Shown: positions 1-10,836 of the stretch, piece by piece | How the letters are laid out: every line of letters starts with the position of its first letter | How positions within the stretch are numbered: position 1 is the stretch's first letter | Assembly (NCBI RefSeq): GCF_001194135.2 | Contig: NC_068995.1 | Span: forward strand, 30,569,548 to 30,610,155 | DNA from: Octopus bimaculoides | Lineage: Eukaryota | DNA: 40,608 bases | Direction of reading: 5' to 3' | Program-made: the position numbers and the translations under genes | The notes under the pieces: model-generated | What the model was told of the DNA's origin: nothing | Database searches by the model: none | What the model saw: the letters and a program-made list of their open reading frames with translations, nothing else

Positions 1-43
<43 letters not shown>

Positions 44-80
44 GCGCGCGCGTACACACACACACACACATATATACACA
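1..80. repeat. Compound (TA)n/(CG)n/(CA)n microsatellite
   Basis: Directly visible dinucleotide runs. Confidence 0.95.
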
Positions 81-164
81 TATGAGTGTGTACTATTTCT
101 ACCGCTATCTTTCTTACTCACCACACCTCAATCTCACTGCTACTCTCTTTTACGTGATCAACGA

Positions 165-272
165 TCAGCCTTAATCAACATGTAATCTTGATCTAAGCTG
201 ACGTTGTCCAATATGCCCAGTGAAATTAAAAGGCGTTTTAACTGTTATTTCTAACAGGTCGAGCGATCCCAT
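165..272 (-). repeat. Fragment of dispersed repeat family F (marker motif gctatttctagcaggtcgag / ctcgacctgctagaaatagc)
   Basis: ACTGTTATTTCTAACAGGTCGAGCGA here matches 27579-27605 and, in reverse complement, 22205-22230 and 26660-26682. Confidence 0.55.
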
Positions 273-507
273 GAAAGTTATTAATTGTGCATGTTGAATT
301 ATGAGATGGTACTTCCACTGGTGTGGTTGCTTCTCTTCATCTCCACTCATTGATTCTCTTTCGATTCCGTGAAAGCTATTCTACACTCTTTACAGAGGTA
401 ATATCTTAGAAACGTTCATGTTGGCAGATTTGTTTTTGAGGATCCAATTTACCACTAAAATACAAAACATATTGTGAAATTGCTGCTTTTCTGGAAGCCG
501 GAACTTG

Positions 508-618
508 CTTCCTCCAGTTCCTCTTCCTCCAGTACCTCTTCCTCTAGTTCCTCTTCCTCCAGTTCCTATTCCTCTAGTTCCTCTTCCTCCAGCTCCTCTT
601 CCTCCAGCTTCTCTTCCA
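508..618. repeat. 15-bp minisatellite (CTTCCTCCAGTTCCT)x~7
   Basis: Visible tandem units with single substitutions; explains the Pro-rich 505-714 ORF. Confidence 0.9.
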
Positions 619-1825
619 CGGCACTCTCACCACAACTATTCGACCATAGTTAGAATGAATAACTGGCATATAACATTTAGAAATTATAGAAAACTTCAAA
701 AGTTGTTACTATGAAAGAAATAGGGCTAATGACAACACATTAATTTCCATGAACACAGCGACTGTCCTAGTCGACAGTATCAACTTGTTAAAGAAACAAA
801 CAAGAATAAGCTACACATGAACACGTATTACATAACCTCTAATACACTCTGAATACGTTTGATAAAACAGTGTATACCTGCATGAATTATAGTAGAACAT
901 TCAATGAAGAAGAAAAATTGTCCAAAACTGCTTTAACTACAAAATAAGTAACAATCATAAATTGCATAGAAGTATTTTTTTCATTAAGAAAATGCAAACA
1001 GTATTTCTATTAATCGAAATACTGTTCCTCTTAATACAAAAATAATAAAGTGGGGAACAAATTACAATACAGCGACAGCAAGGGAGTTTCTGCAAACATT
1101 AAAGGCTTGTCATGTGTTTTTAGTCGTTCATTCTTTGTTTTAGTTTATTCGCTGCAACAAAAAGGAAAACAAATCTAAAAAGACTAACTGCCATTACAGT
1201 TCTAAATGTAACTGCAGAAACCATCTCAAGAATCCAAGTGAACAAAACTGGATAGCAAATAGCTAATTTACCAGAAAGCTACTAAAAAAAAATATAAGGG
1301 GAGGGGCTCAGAAGCTGTTGTCTAATAGCATCAGGATTTGTTTTAAGAACGATGTAGTTGATAATGGTGACTGCAATAAGTGTATTGACTGTCATGATGA
1401 TGGTTATTGTGAATGGTTGCAGTCTTAATGGCAGTGATTTAGCTGCCAAACNNNNNNNNNNNNNNNNNNNNNNNNNNNNNNNNNNNNNNNNNNNNNNNNN
1501 NNNNNNNNNNNNNNNNNNNNNNNNNNNNNNNNNNNNNNNNNNNNNNNNNNNNNNNNNNNNNNNNNNNNNNNNNNNNNNNNNNNNGTGGTGCTGGTGGTGG
1601 TAGAGGTGGTGCTGGTGGTGCTGGTGCTGCTGGTAGTGGTGGCCACCGCCGCGACATCATAAAAAAGCACCTATTTGTGATTGTTATATTGAATGTGATA
1701 GTAACGATATACGAGAATAATAGCAGTTGTTATATCTGTTGTTGTTGCTGCTGCTGAAATCCCATTCACTTTAGATCGAAAAAAAAATTATGAACAATCT
1801 CTGATCTTTCATTTTTGTTTTCCAG

Positions 1826-1934
1826 GCCTAGTGTACCAATGTCTACAGCGCAGAGCTGCTTTTCTTTGTCTACGCTTGTTGCAGTTGCGCTGGTCGTGGC
1901 GATGATTAGCCCTAGATCAGAACTGATTCGGTAG
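1826..1934 (+). CDS. Candidate terminal coding exon ending in a hydrophobic segment (PSVPMSTAQSCFSLSTLVAVALVVAMISPRSELIR*)
   Basis: Pyrimidine-rich acceptor TCATTTTTGTTTTCCAG ends at 1825. GC-richer non-repeat sequence follows, open in phase 1 to TAG at 1932-1934. No homology recognised. Confidence 0.3.
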
Positions 1935-1951
1935 TGAATGTCCAGCCTTAT

Positions 1952-2185
1952 ATTCTTTTATTCCTTTATTTGTTTCAGTCATGAGACTGCTGTCATACTG
2001 GGGCACCACCTTGAATTTTTAGTCGAAAGAATCGACCCCTGGACTTCTTTTTTTAAGCTTGGTACTAATTCTATCGGTCTCTTGTGCTGAACTGCTTAGT
2101 TACGGAGACGCAAACACAACAACACCGGTTGTCGAGTGGTGGTGGCGAGACAAACAAAAACACAAATACATACACACATAGTTAT
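1952..2185 (+). mobile_element. SINE-like dispersed repeat, family C
   Basis: TTCTATCGGTCTCTT..GAAC.GCT.AG.TACG.AGACG.AAACA.A.CAACACCGGTTG recurs in reverse complement at 13500-13660; ends in CA-rich tract. Confidence 0.65.
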
Positions 2186-2195
2186 ACGTGCATAT

Positions 2196-2332
2196 ATATA
2201 CGACGGCCTTCTTTCAGATTCCATCTGCCAAATCCACTCAGAAGGCTTTGGTCGACTCAAGGCTATAGTAGTTGCCTAAAGTGCCAAGCAATGGGACTGA
2301 TTCCGCAACCATGTAGTTGGGAAGCAAGCTTC
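2196..2332 (-). mobile_element. tRNA-derived SINE, family B (5' head truncated)
   Basis: Aligns by eye to copies at 12378-12532 (+) and 37850-38013 (-). Confidence 0.8.
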
Positions 2333-2445
2333 TTATTTCTTTATTGCCCACAAGGGGCTAAACACAGAGGGGACAAACAAGGACAGACAAAGGGATTAAG
2401 TCGATTACATCGACCCCAGTGCGTAACTGGTACTTAATTTATCGA
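2333..2445 (-). mobile_element. tRNA-derived SINE, family A, young-subfamily 3' half
   Basis: Near-identical to 28161-28275 (TTATTTCTTTATT.CCCACAA.GGGCTAAACA.AGAGGGGACAAACAAGGACAGACAAAGGGATTAAGTCGATTA). Confidence 0.85.
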
Positions 2446-2479
2446 GACATTGGTTTCAAGACATTGGTTTCAATACAAG

Positions 2480-2690
2480 ACATTGGTTTCAAATTCTGGC
2501 ATAAGGCCAGTCATTTTGGAGGATGAAGTAAGTCAATTACACATTGACCCCAGTGTTCAACTGGTACTTATTTTATCGACCCCGAAAGGGTGAAAGGTAA
2601 AGTCAACCTCGGTGGAATTTGAACTCAGAACATAATGACAGACGAAATGCCGATAAAGATTTTGCCCAGTGTGCTAACGATTCTGCTGCT
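2480..2690 (-). mobile_element. tRNA-derived SINE, family A
   Basis: B-box-like GTTCTGAGTTCAAATTCC on minus strand; shared body ACTGGTACTTATTTTATCGACCCCGAAAGG with other copies in the window. Confidence 0.8.
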
Positions 2691-2739
2691 GGTGGTGCCG
2701 GTGCTGCAGCTGTTGCTGCTGCTGATGATGAGTTTTGTT

Positions 2740-5189
2740 CCCTGCCTCATAGAACAATATCAAGTCTGTTATGCTTGCACTGAATTGTTGTTTTTATTGG
2801 AATGTTCCACCAGTATTCCTTGTTTTTAAAGGTGTGATACATGCTGGTTCTGCAATACCTTTGATGCATACATCAAGACAATTCTTCCTGCAGATATCGT
2901 TGTAAATAATCTGTGCAACTATATCACACCATAGGAGCAAGTTGCATCTCGTGGACATTTTGGGGCAGTTGTTGACGAGTTGATGATGGAGAACCGACAT
3001 TTTCTATCACAACGTAGCGGCTTGATAATCTCTCTGTGTCTCTTGTTTATCAGGTATTTAGTAGCTATCTCCTGTTCCTGGACAGCGAAAGCATATCCTT
3101 CTATGTGAAGTGTAAAGCATTTGTCACAGATCCAGGAGAGGCAACTTTTCCTGTCAATGCTGTTGTTATGCACTAGCTTACGGGATAAGTAACCATGCAT
3201 TGTCTTTTGCTGGTATAATGCCTGATTCTCCAAGTTTCTGTTTAGATTGGCAAGACCAGCCGCCTTTGGGTCGCATAAGACAGTTGTAGTCTCAAAGTAC
3301 TGCACAGTAGTTCTTCTCCAACTCTAAAGATATTGTTGCTCTCACTTTTGAGTAAGCATGAAATGTACTCCTTTCTTTACTGTTCAGTAGGTGTTGTCTA
3401 AGTGATACAATGCGTCATTCAAAGGCTGTTTGGACTGACCTAACGTCTCTACCACCATCATTTCGTCTCACATAAATCTTATCGGTGTCGCTGTTAATGT
3501 GGAAGTTGCCAGTAGCGGTCAGTACCTTTCTAGTTTTGATGTCCAGGCTGCAGATCTCGTCAAGTGTCCAGTCTAATATCCCAAATGTTGCTACTAGCAC
3601 TGGCACTGCAAAATTATTGTAAGGTATGATCTTGTTAAATGCAGACAGCTCTGGGTTCCATGTTTTCCAGAGTCTACAGAAGTACTCTTTTGTTATTCTA
3701 GCTTCAGTCAAAGCACGAACGTATGCAACATTCTCATTAACTCTGAGATAGTTTTGGTTTTCATCAATAGAAATAGGGGAGATGGACAAGCCATTGGTTT
3801 ACATGTTCTCTGATGGACAATCTTTCTTCGGTTGACTATCATGTACGAGCATTTATCCTGCTCAAACACCATTCTTTCATCTCGTGAGAACGTTGTGATT
3901 AGTTCTAAATGTCTCTTGATGTTAACCATGCTACCATAATGTAACTTTAGGTTAACAAAAAATGTGTGGATGACATTAATTATCCCAGCATGTAGCCTTG
4001 GCATTTTGTTAACAAGGCTGACAAGGCTTTCACCGCCAGTACAAACAACATTGCAGATAATCACTCTTAAATATGCCTATTGATAGCTTAATTCTGCTTG
4101 TATCAATAGGTGTTGCTTTAGCAGTTGTCATTGATAACTATGTGAACCATATTGTGGTCAGTCTCTTAATGGCATTCACTATAACAGCTAGTATTTTGGC
4201 AAGGTGAAGTAATTTTATTATCTATGAATGAGACATAATCGAACGCCGTCTTGTAATCTAGCCAAGAGATTAAAGCGATGTTGCTTGGCTTTCTTAAGCA
4301 GAGCTTTGTTGAGGAGGAGCTGTTCAGCACAGGCCCATATTCCTTTTTCTTTTCTCCTGTCTGTTCATCAGTTATCACACCATCTGTTTGGCAGTTGTCT
4401 TGGAAAGCTTGTCTGCAGTTTTTACATAACATTCAAGCATCTATGGGCCTATAGTTTATATGACTCTCTTTGTTCTTGGGGATAAGTGTAGTCCGCGCAA
4501 CCGTCAGCCAATCTAGTATATCTAGCTCAGCGTCCTTCGTTTCTTTAAACAATTTCGTGAGAATTTCCCTGTAGAACGTGAGCTTTTTGTACCAGTAGCC
4601 TACTATCAGACCTCTCCCAAGTGATTTTCCATCCAGCAGTTTCTTAATAAATGTCAAGAGTGTTTCACAGTTGTTGTTATGTATTTATTCCAGATTCCCC
4701 GCTAGAATGACTGTAGATCTTCCCAGGAAGGGGTATTTACTACCTTGATGCTATCGCCTTTCATACTGCGATATACAGATTGTAGGTTTCGGACAAACTT
4801 GCCATTTATCATTCTTCGTTCAAGTAACGAAATTTTCCACTTCTCGTAGATCGTGTTTGAGTGTGATCAGTTTGCTTGTGAGTGTTTCTCGGCGGCAATT
4901 CCCATAAAATTTGGAGAGTCTTTCAGGCAGTCATAGCTGGTGATTCGTGAATTCATTTTTAGATTTGTATTTGATGATAGTGTCCAACTATTCTATCTTT
5001 TTTCTGAATCTGTTAATGTTATTTTGGAGAGGGGTAATCCATTTTGGCTCAGTATTAACTTTCGGATCAGTCACTCTATTGGTGCACAGTTACTGAAGCA
5101 CAATATAGCAGGACATTTATTGCTCAAAAGCTGGGAGCTTGAATTTGAGCTACTTGTTCTCTCACAATTGAGCTACTTATTCTCTCGCA

Positions 5190-5190
<1 letters not shown>
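2740..5190 (-). mobile_element. Decayed RLE-type non-LTR retrotransposon, R4/Dong-like (RT, Zn knuckle, restriction-like endonuclease)
   Basis: Frameshifted minus-strand ORFs give TTLIPKNK..NYRPI, WLDYKTAFD, FSRDERMVFEQDKC, NKIIPYNNFAVPVL..FGILDWTLDEICSLDIKTRKVLT..GGR, IEGYAFAVQEQEI..CDRKCR and WWNIPIKT..CKHNRLDIVL. Clade assignment is by recalled motif similarity. Confidence 0.85.
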
Positions 5191-5220
<30 letters not shown>

Positions 5221-5932
5221 NNNNNNNNNNNNNNNNNNNNNNNNNNNNNNNNNNNNNNNNNNNNNNNNNNNNNNNNNNNNNNNNNNNNNNNNNNNNNNNN
5301 NNNNNNNNNNNNNNNNNNNNNNNNNNNNNNNNNNNNNNNNNNNNNNNNNNNNNNNNNNNNNNNNNNNNNNNNNNNNNNNNNNNNNNNNNNNNNNNNNNNN
5401 NNNNNNNNNNNNNNNNNNNNNNNNNNNNNNNNNNNNNNNNNNNNNNNNNNNNNNNNNNNNNNNNNNNNNNNNNNNNNNNNNNNNNNNNNNNNNNNNNNNN
5501 NNNNNNNNNNNNNNNNNNNNNNNNNNNNNNNNNNNNNNNNNNNNNNNNNNNNNNNNNNNNNNNNNNNNNNNNNNNNNNNNNNNNNNNNNNNNNNNNNNNN
5601 NNNNNNNNNNNNNNNNNNNNNNNNNNNNNNNNNNNNNNNNNNNNNNNNNNNNNNNNNNNNNNNNNNNNNNNNNNNNNNNNNNNNNNNNNNNNNNNNNNNN
5701 NNNNNNNNNNNNNNNNNNNNNNNNNNNNNNNNNNNNNNNNNNNNNNNNNNNNNNNNNNNNNNNNNNNNNNNNNNNNNNNNNNNNNNNNNNNNNNNNNNNN
5801 NNNNNNNNNNNNNNNNNNNNNNNNNNNNNNNNNNNNNNNNNNNNNNNNNNNNNNNNNNNNNNNNNNNNNNNNNNNNNNNNNNNNNNNNNNNNNNNNNNNN
5901 NNNNNNNNNNNNNNNNNNNNNNNNNNNNNNNN

Positions 5933-5986
5933 AGTAGCAGATCTGAAGAGATATTTAATATTAAATATCTCTTCAGATCTGCTACT
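5933..5986. repeat. Perfect 54-bp palindrome at a gap edge
   Basis: AGTAGCAGATCTGAAGAGATATTTAAT followed directly by its reverse complement ATTAAATATCTCTTCAGATCTGCTACT. Confidence 0.95.
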
Positions 5987-6269
5987 ACCTACCTACCCAC
6001 CGAGCCTTCACAAAAGTAAAAGAGAGAGACAGACAGAAAAAACAAAAATGTCCCCTGTATATGAAAACTATGGGAATATTTTTAAAAAAACATTTCATTT
6101 CATTTTTCCACCGCTTAATTGTTTTTCATGCTTTGAAAAAGTCGCAAAGACTGAAACCGCTACTAAAATGTTTTTCATGATAAAATTATTTTAGCATTTT
6201 CTACCTTGTCCTATTTTCCTTATACATATCGTGTGTCACTTTTCAACCTTCTATATATATATATATTAT

Positions 6270-7260
6270 TTATATTATTGTATTATTATATGGTCGAACG
6301 CCACGCATCCTTTTCCAAGTAAGCTTTATCTTAATAATTACGATGCGCACTCTTCTTCTATCTCTACTATCTCTTTTCTGTCTATTTCTCTCCCTCTCTT
6401 GTTCTTCATCCTTTCTGTTTTTCTCTCCCACCCTTTCCCTATTCTTCCCCTCTTCCCTTCACCGTTCCCTCTCTCTCTCTCTCTCTCTCACTCTTCCTCC
6501 TTGACTCTCTCGTCGCTGACATGTGACGAAAGGAGATCTATCTTTCTGTCCATTTCCTTCCTAAAGAAAAGACGTGCCTTTGCCTGTCTCCTCTCATAGC
6601 TCGTCCTCCTAGCTTTCATAATAATTTTTCTATCGTCTTGGTTCAACAGCCCTCACCGTTTGTTTTTACTGTCTTGTTCTCACTGCCCTGTTCTTGTTAA
6701 CACTTTCACCCTCCGCAAAAANNNNNNNNNNACCGTTTGTTTTTACTGTCTTGTTCTCACTGCCCTGTTCTTGTTAACACTTTCACCCTCCGCAAAAAAT
6801 CCCAAATTTTATTTAATTTGCTTTGCGGGAAGGATTGTGTCAACGAAGTCGCGTATTGTCCTTACCTTCGAAACTCGGAGTAGATAAAACAGGGACAACT
6901 GATGAAGGGGTATATTCTTTATGTTGCATGTCACGTTTCTCTGTTTGCCACTTTGGAATCCTGCGCATAGCAGGTTTTTGCATCGCGGGAAGAGCTATTC
7001 TAAGAGCGGGTAATGCCTCATCTTCGAAACGCTTAGTTTAGAGTAGAGGCAGCTGATGAAGGAAAAGTTCCACATGTGACTTGTCTGTTTTCCTATGTGT
7101 TCATTCTGTTGTCCGTAAAAAAAGTCCGTGCTTTGTTTATGTCCCCGTTCCTTTTTTGTCCACGTTGTTTGACGTCCTGTACCCGGATATGCATCTACAT
7201 ATACATGTAGATGTAGGTATGTACATATATGTATGTATATATGCATATGCTCACATATCA
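6270..7260 (+). mobile_element. Non-coding PLE-tail/pLTR-like module carrying two hammerhead-like motifs, bounded by (TA)n and (TTA)n
   Basis: Microsatellite borders, HHR core words and position directly upstream of a PLE ORF. PLE association is inferred. Confidence 0.5.
6851..7071 (+). ncRNA. Putative paired hammerhead ribozyme motifs of unusual topology
   Basis: Two copies of GTA-[stem I arm]-CTTCGAAAC-..-[stem I arm]-CTGATGAAGG. GTA at 6853 and 7010, GAAAC at 6870 and 7026, CTGATGA at 6899 and 7053. Stem I differs in sequence but pairs in both copies. Confidence 0.6.
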
Positions 7261-7263
7261 TTT

Positions 7264-7332
<69 letters not shown>

Positions 7333-8789
7333 AATGAAGACAGAAATAGAACTCCTTAAGCTTAGAGCGCTAAGCAATGAACAAAAATTTAAGATATAGA
7401 TGAGGAAATCTACAACGAACTAAAGAAACATTCAGATGGTCAACGCTTGGAAAGTGTTTTTAATCTGTGGAACACAAATTGTGAAGCTGAAGAAACAAAC
7501 TCCCTGGGAAAGACAAGCCAATTTCTCATTAACTACGAAACACAGTTCAACATAGAATACGCATTGGATAACCCCTTTCTGAAGAAAAATAAACCAAAAA
7601 CATACACAGAAATGAACCCACGCTTATCTAACACAAACCACAGACGATCTAGGGGTCACAACTCCACCAACATAACCTCTCTTACACCCCAAAATAACTT
7701 ACAAACAACACTCAGGAATTCAGCCCACAATAGAAAATCTGGACGTAATCCTCAAGGCATCCTATATACAAATCAAAGGTTCCATCGAAACCTCCAGGCT
7801 AACCTAAACTTTTGAGAACCAATACCTACCAATCCACCCCATAGAAAAATTTACCTCCGAGACTTAACCCTCAACATGGTTACTTCAATCATTCAACTAG
7901 ACACAACCTTAGTAGACAACATAACTTCTCCCTCCACCCACATTACAATATTAAAAATAAATTTAACCCAAACCACATCAACCATAGACAATATGACAAC
8001 CCTCAGTACAACCATAATCTAGCCCGCTACACAGTCACTCCACCACAAACATACTACAACAGACACTCTTTACACCCATTTTCTCCTCAGCAAACCAAAC
8101 ACAATACAGACTTTCCACAACAATCCACCTACGACAATCATTTTTTAGACCTAAATCAGAAAAACAGAGATGTGATATGGGACAAAATGTACAAGAACAA
8201 CCGAAAATAATCAACTTATCAAAGAAAATCTTAAGTATTACACAAGCTAAAATTCTAGCAAGAGGTTTTAAATTTACTCCAACTCCTCGCAGATCGAACC
8301 CGAATGAAATTAAGGATAACATTACGGATTTCTGCCGAAAATTACGCCTCACAGAAGCACTTCACAACTACACCAGCGAAGATGACTCAATAATAAAAAC
8401 AAAAGTGAATACTGTCCTACAAAAGGCAGAAATAAAGCCCTTGATGCTTTTTGTGAACACATTACCAGTTTTCCTTTTAATACCCTACAAAAACAACAAA
8501 TTAAATCCAACCTTAATGTAAATGAATGGAAAGACCTAATCGAGTTAAAAAATGATATAAACCTCACCATTAAAGAAGCTGACAAAGGAAGTGCGGTAGC
8601 GGTGATGGACACAGAGTACTATAAAAAGTTAATACTCTCTATGTTGGAAAATAATATTTACTATGAGAAGATAGTACAATACAACCCACAGAAGACACTT
8701 TAAAACTTATCCTTCTTACTTCAGATACATGGAAAGAGCCTTACTAAAAATGAAATTGACTATTTATCCAATTTTAAATACAGACCTAG

Positions 8790-9408
8790 TCTAATCTACG
8801 GATCACCTAAAATACACAAAAATCCACATATTTGTAAAGCTTTCAAAGTTTCTCCAAGCCTATGCGTTAATGTTCCTCCCCCTACTGACCTCAAACTGAG
8901 ACCCATCATTGCTGGCTTCGCTTGTGAAACCCACCGTTTGAGCAACTTCTTCAACAGCTTACTCAAACCGTTTCTAAAATATGTGAAAAGTTTCATCAGG
9001 GATGACTTAGACATGTTTAACCACCTCCCAAAGACAATAAACGAAGGAACTCTGTTAGTATCATTCGATGTGGTGAATTTGTTCACCGATATCTCACACG
9101 ATTATGGTATAGAAGCGATCACCTTCTGGCTAGAAAAATACCCAGAAGAGATCCCAGGACGCATCAACCACAGATTCATAATCGCAGCTCTGAAATTCAT
9201 CCTACTGAACAACTATTTCCTGCTCGATACATTTTACTATCGACAAAAATGTGGAATTTCAATGGGAACCCGAGCTGCTCCAGTGATTGCGAACCTTGTA
9301 ATGGGTTACCTAGAGCTTAAAATATACCAGTCATCACTACAAAAATATGGCACCTCTTTTCCTTGCTGTTTAAAGGAGAACTGGAAGTGGTATTTGGACG
9401 ATTGCTTT
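8790..9408 (+). pseudogene. PLE reverse transcriptase core (runs into gap)
   Basis: ORF 8938-9963: SFDVVNLFT, GISMGTRAAP, WYLDDCF. Confidence 0.92.
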
Positions 9409-10132
9409 NNNNNNNNNNNNNNNNNNNNNNNNNNNNNNNNNNNNNNNNNNNNNNNNNNNNNNNNNNNNNNNNNNNNNNNNNNNNNNNNNNNNNNNNNNNN
9501 NNNNNNNNNNNNNNNNNNNNNNNNNNNNNNNNNNNNNNNNNNNNNNNNNNNNNNNNNNNNNNNNNNNNNNNNNNNNNNNNNNNNNNNNNNNNNNNNNNNN
9601 NNNNNNNNNNNNNNNNNNNNNNNNNNNNNNNNNNNNNNNNNNNNNNNNNNNNNNNNNNNNNNNNNNNNNNNNNNNNNNNNNNNNNNNNNNNNNNNNNNNN
9701 NNNNNNNNNNNNNNNNNNNNNNNNNNNNNNNNNNNNNNNNNNNNNNNNNNNNNNNNNNNNNNNNNNNNNNNNNNNNNNNNNNNNNNNNNNNNNNNNNNNN
9801 NNNNNNNNNNNNNNNNNNNNNNNNNNNNNNNNNNNNNNNNNNNNNNNNNNNNNNNNNNNNNNNNNNNNNNNNNNNNNNNNNNNNNNNNNNNNNNNNNNNN
9901 NNNNNNNNNNNNNNNNNNNNNNNNNNNNNNNNNGAGACATTACCCAATATCATTAATAAATGATGGAATTAAACGAGCTAAAGAAATAGATATACGAACA
10001 TTAAGGGAAGTCAACCGAAATACTAAACCAGACTTAAAAATACTCGCATACATCTCCACACATAACCCTAGAAACAGCGAAGCCTTTAACATTATCATCC
10101 AAAATCTACCCATCCTCACAAGAGATAAAACA

Positions 10133-10651
10133 ATGAACAAGATTTTAGGCTCACACAAAATTATCAAGAGCAAAATGCAACAGAAATCATTGAAAAAAAT
10201 ATTAACGAGCGCAAGACTATATCCATTAACAACAGAACCAAAAGTGAAAAAATGTGGTCGACCTAATTGTGGTACTTGCCCCCACCTTTTGGAGGGTTCA
10301 GAGTTTCACTTTAAACAAGGTGAAATATTTAAGATTAAATCAAATTTCACCTGTACCTCGGAAAATTTAATCTATGCCATTACATGCTTAGGGTGTGGTA
10401 ATAATTATATTGGCTAAACAGGAATATCACTCCGTCGAAGAACCACTTTCCACAAAGAACAAAGCCGCCACCCACAATACAGACAGATACAGGTCAGTGG
10501 ACACATAGAAAGGTGTGCGAGGAATCTTGATCCTAATTTCTTAATTTTTCCCTTCTATCAATGTTCACAGAACACCTCAATACAACAAAAAATGAATAAA
10601 GAAGCAACTTTCATCGATAAATATCTTCCACAACTAAATATGAACACATAA
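10133..10651 (+). pseudogene. PLE GIY-YIG endonuclease with in-frame stop at 10415-10417
   Basis: CxxxxCxxC linker and LIYAITCxxCxxxYIG; the same frame continues to KYLPQLNMNT* (TAA 10649-10651). Confidence 0.88.
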
Positions 10652-10836
10652 CATAATAGAGAACACTACTAACCTTTCAATTAATACCACTAACCCCCAT
10701 GCATTCCATACACCATTCACATTATAGATCTAGATCTACCCTAATTGCACCAAATCCAGCACTACTTACCTCCCTTACACATAATCTTTTTACTCAGGGA
10801 CTAGTAGACCTGACACCGTTCAGTAATCGGTGTGCA

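Noticed and set aside
4940-6019. 359-aa ORF and other long X-filled ORFs (e.g. 16087-17253, 36937-38031, 38719-39990)
   Set aside because: Their length comes from N gaps; the flanks are microsatellite or antisense TE sequence.
6656-6798. Exact 66-bp direct repeat
   Set aside because: The copies flank a 10-N placeholder gap, typical of an unmerged contig overlap.
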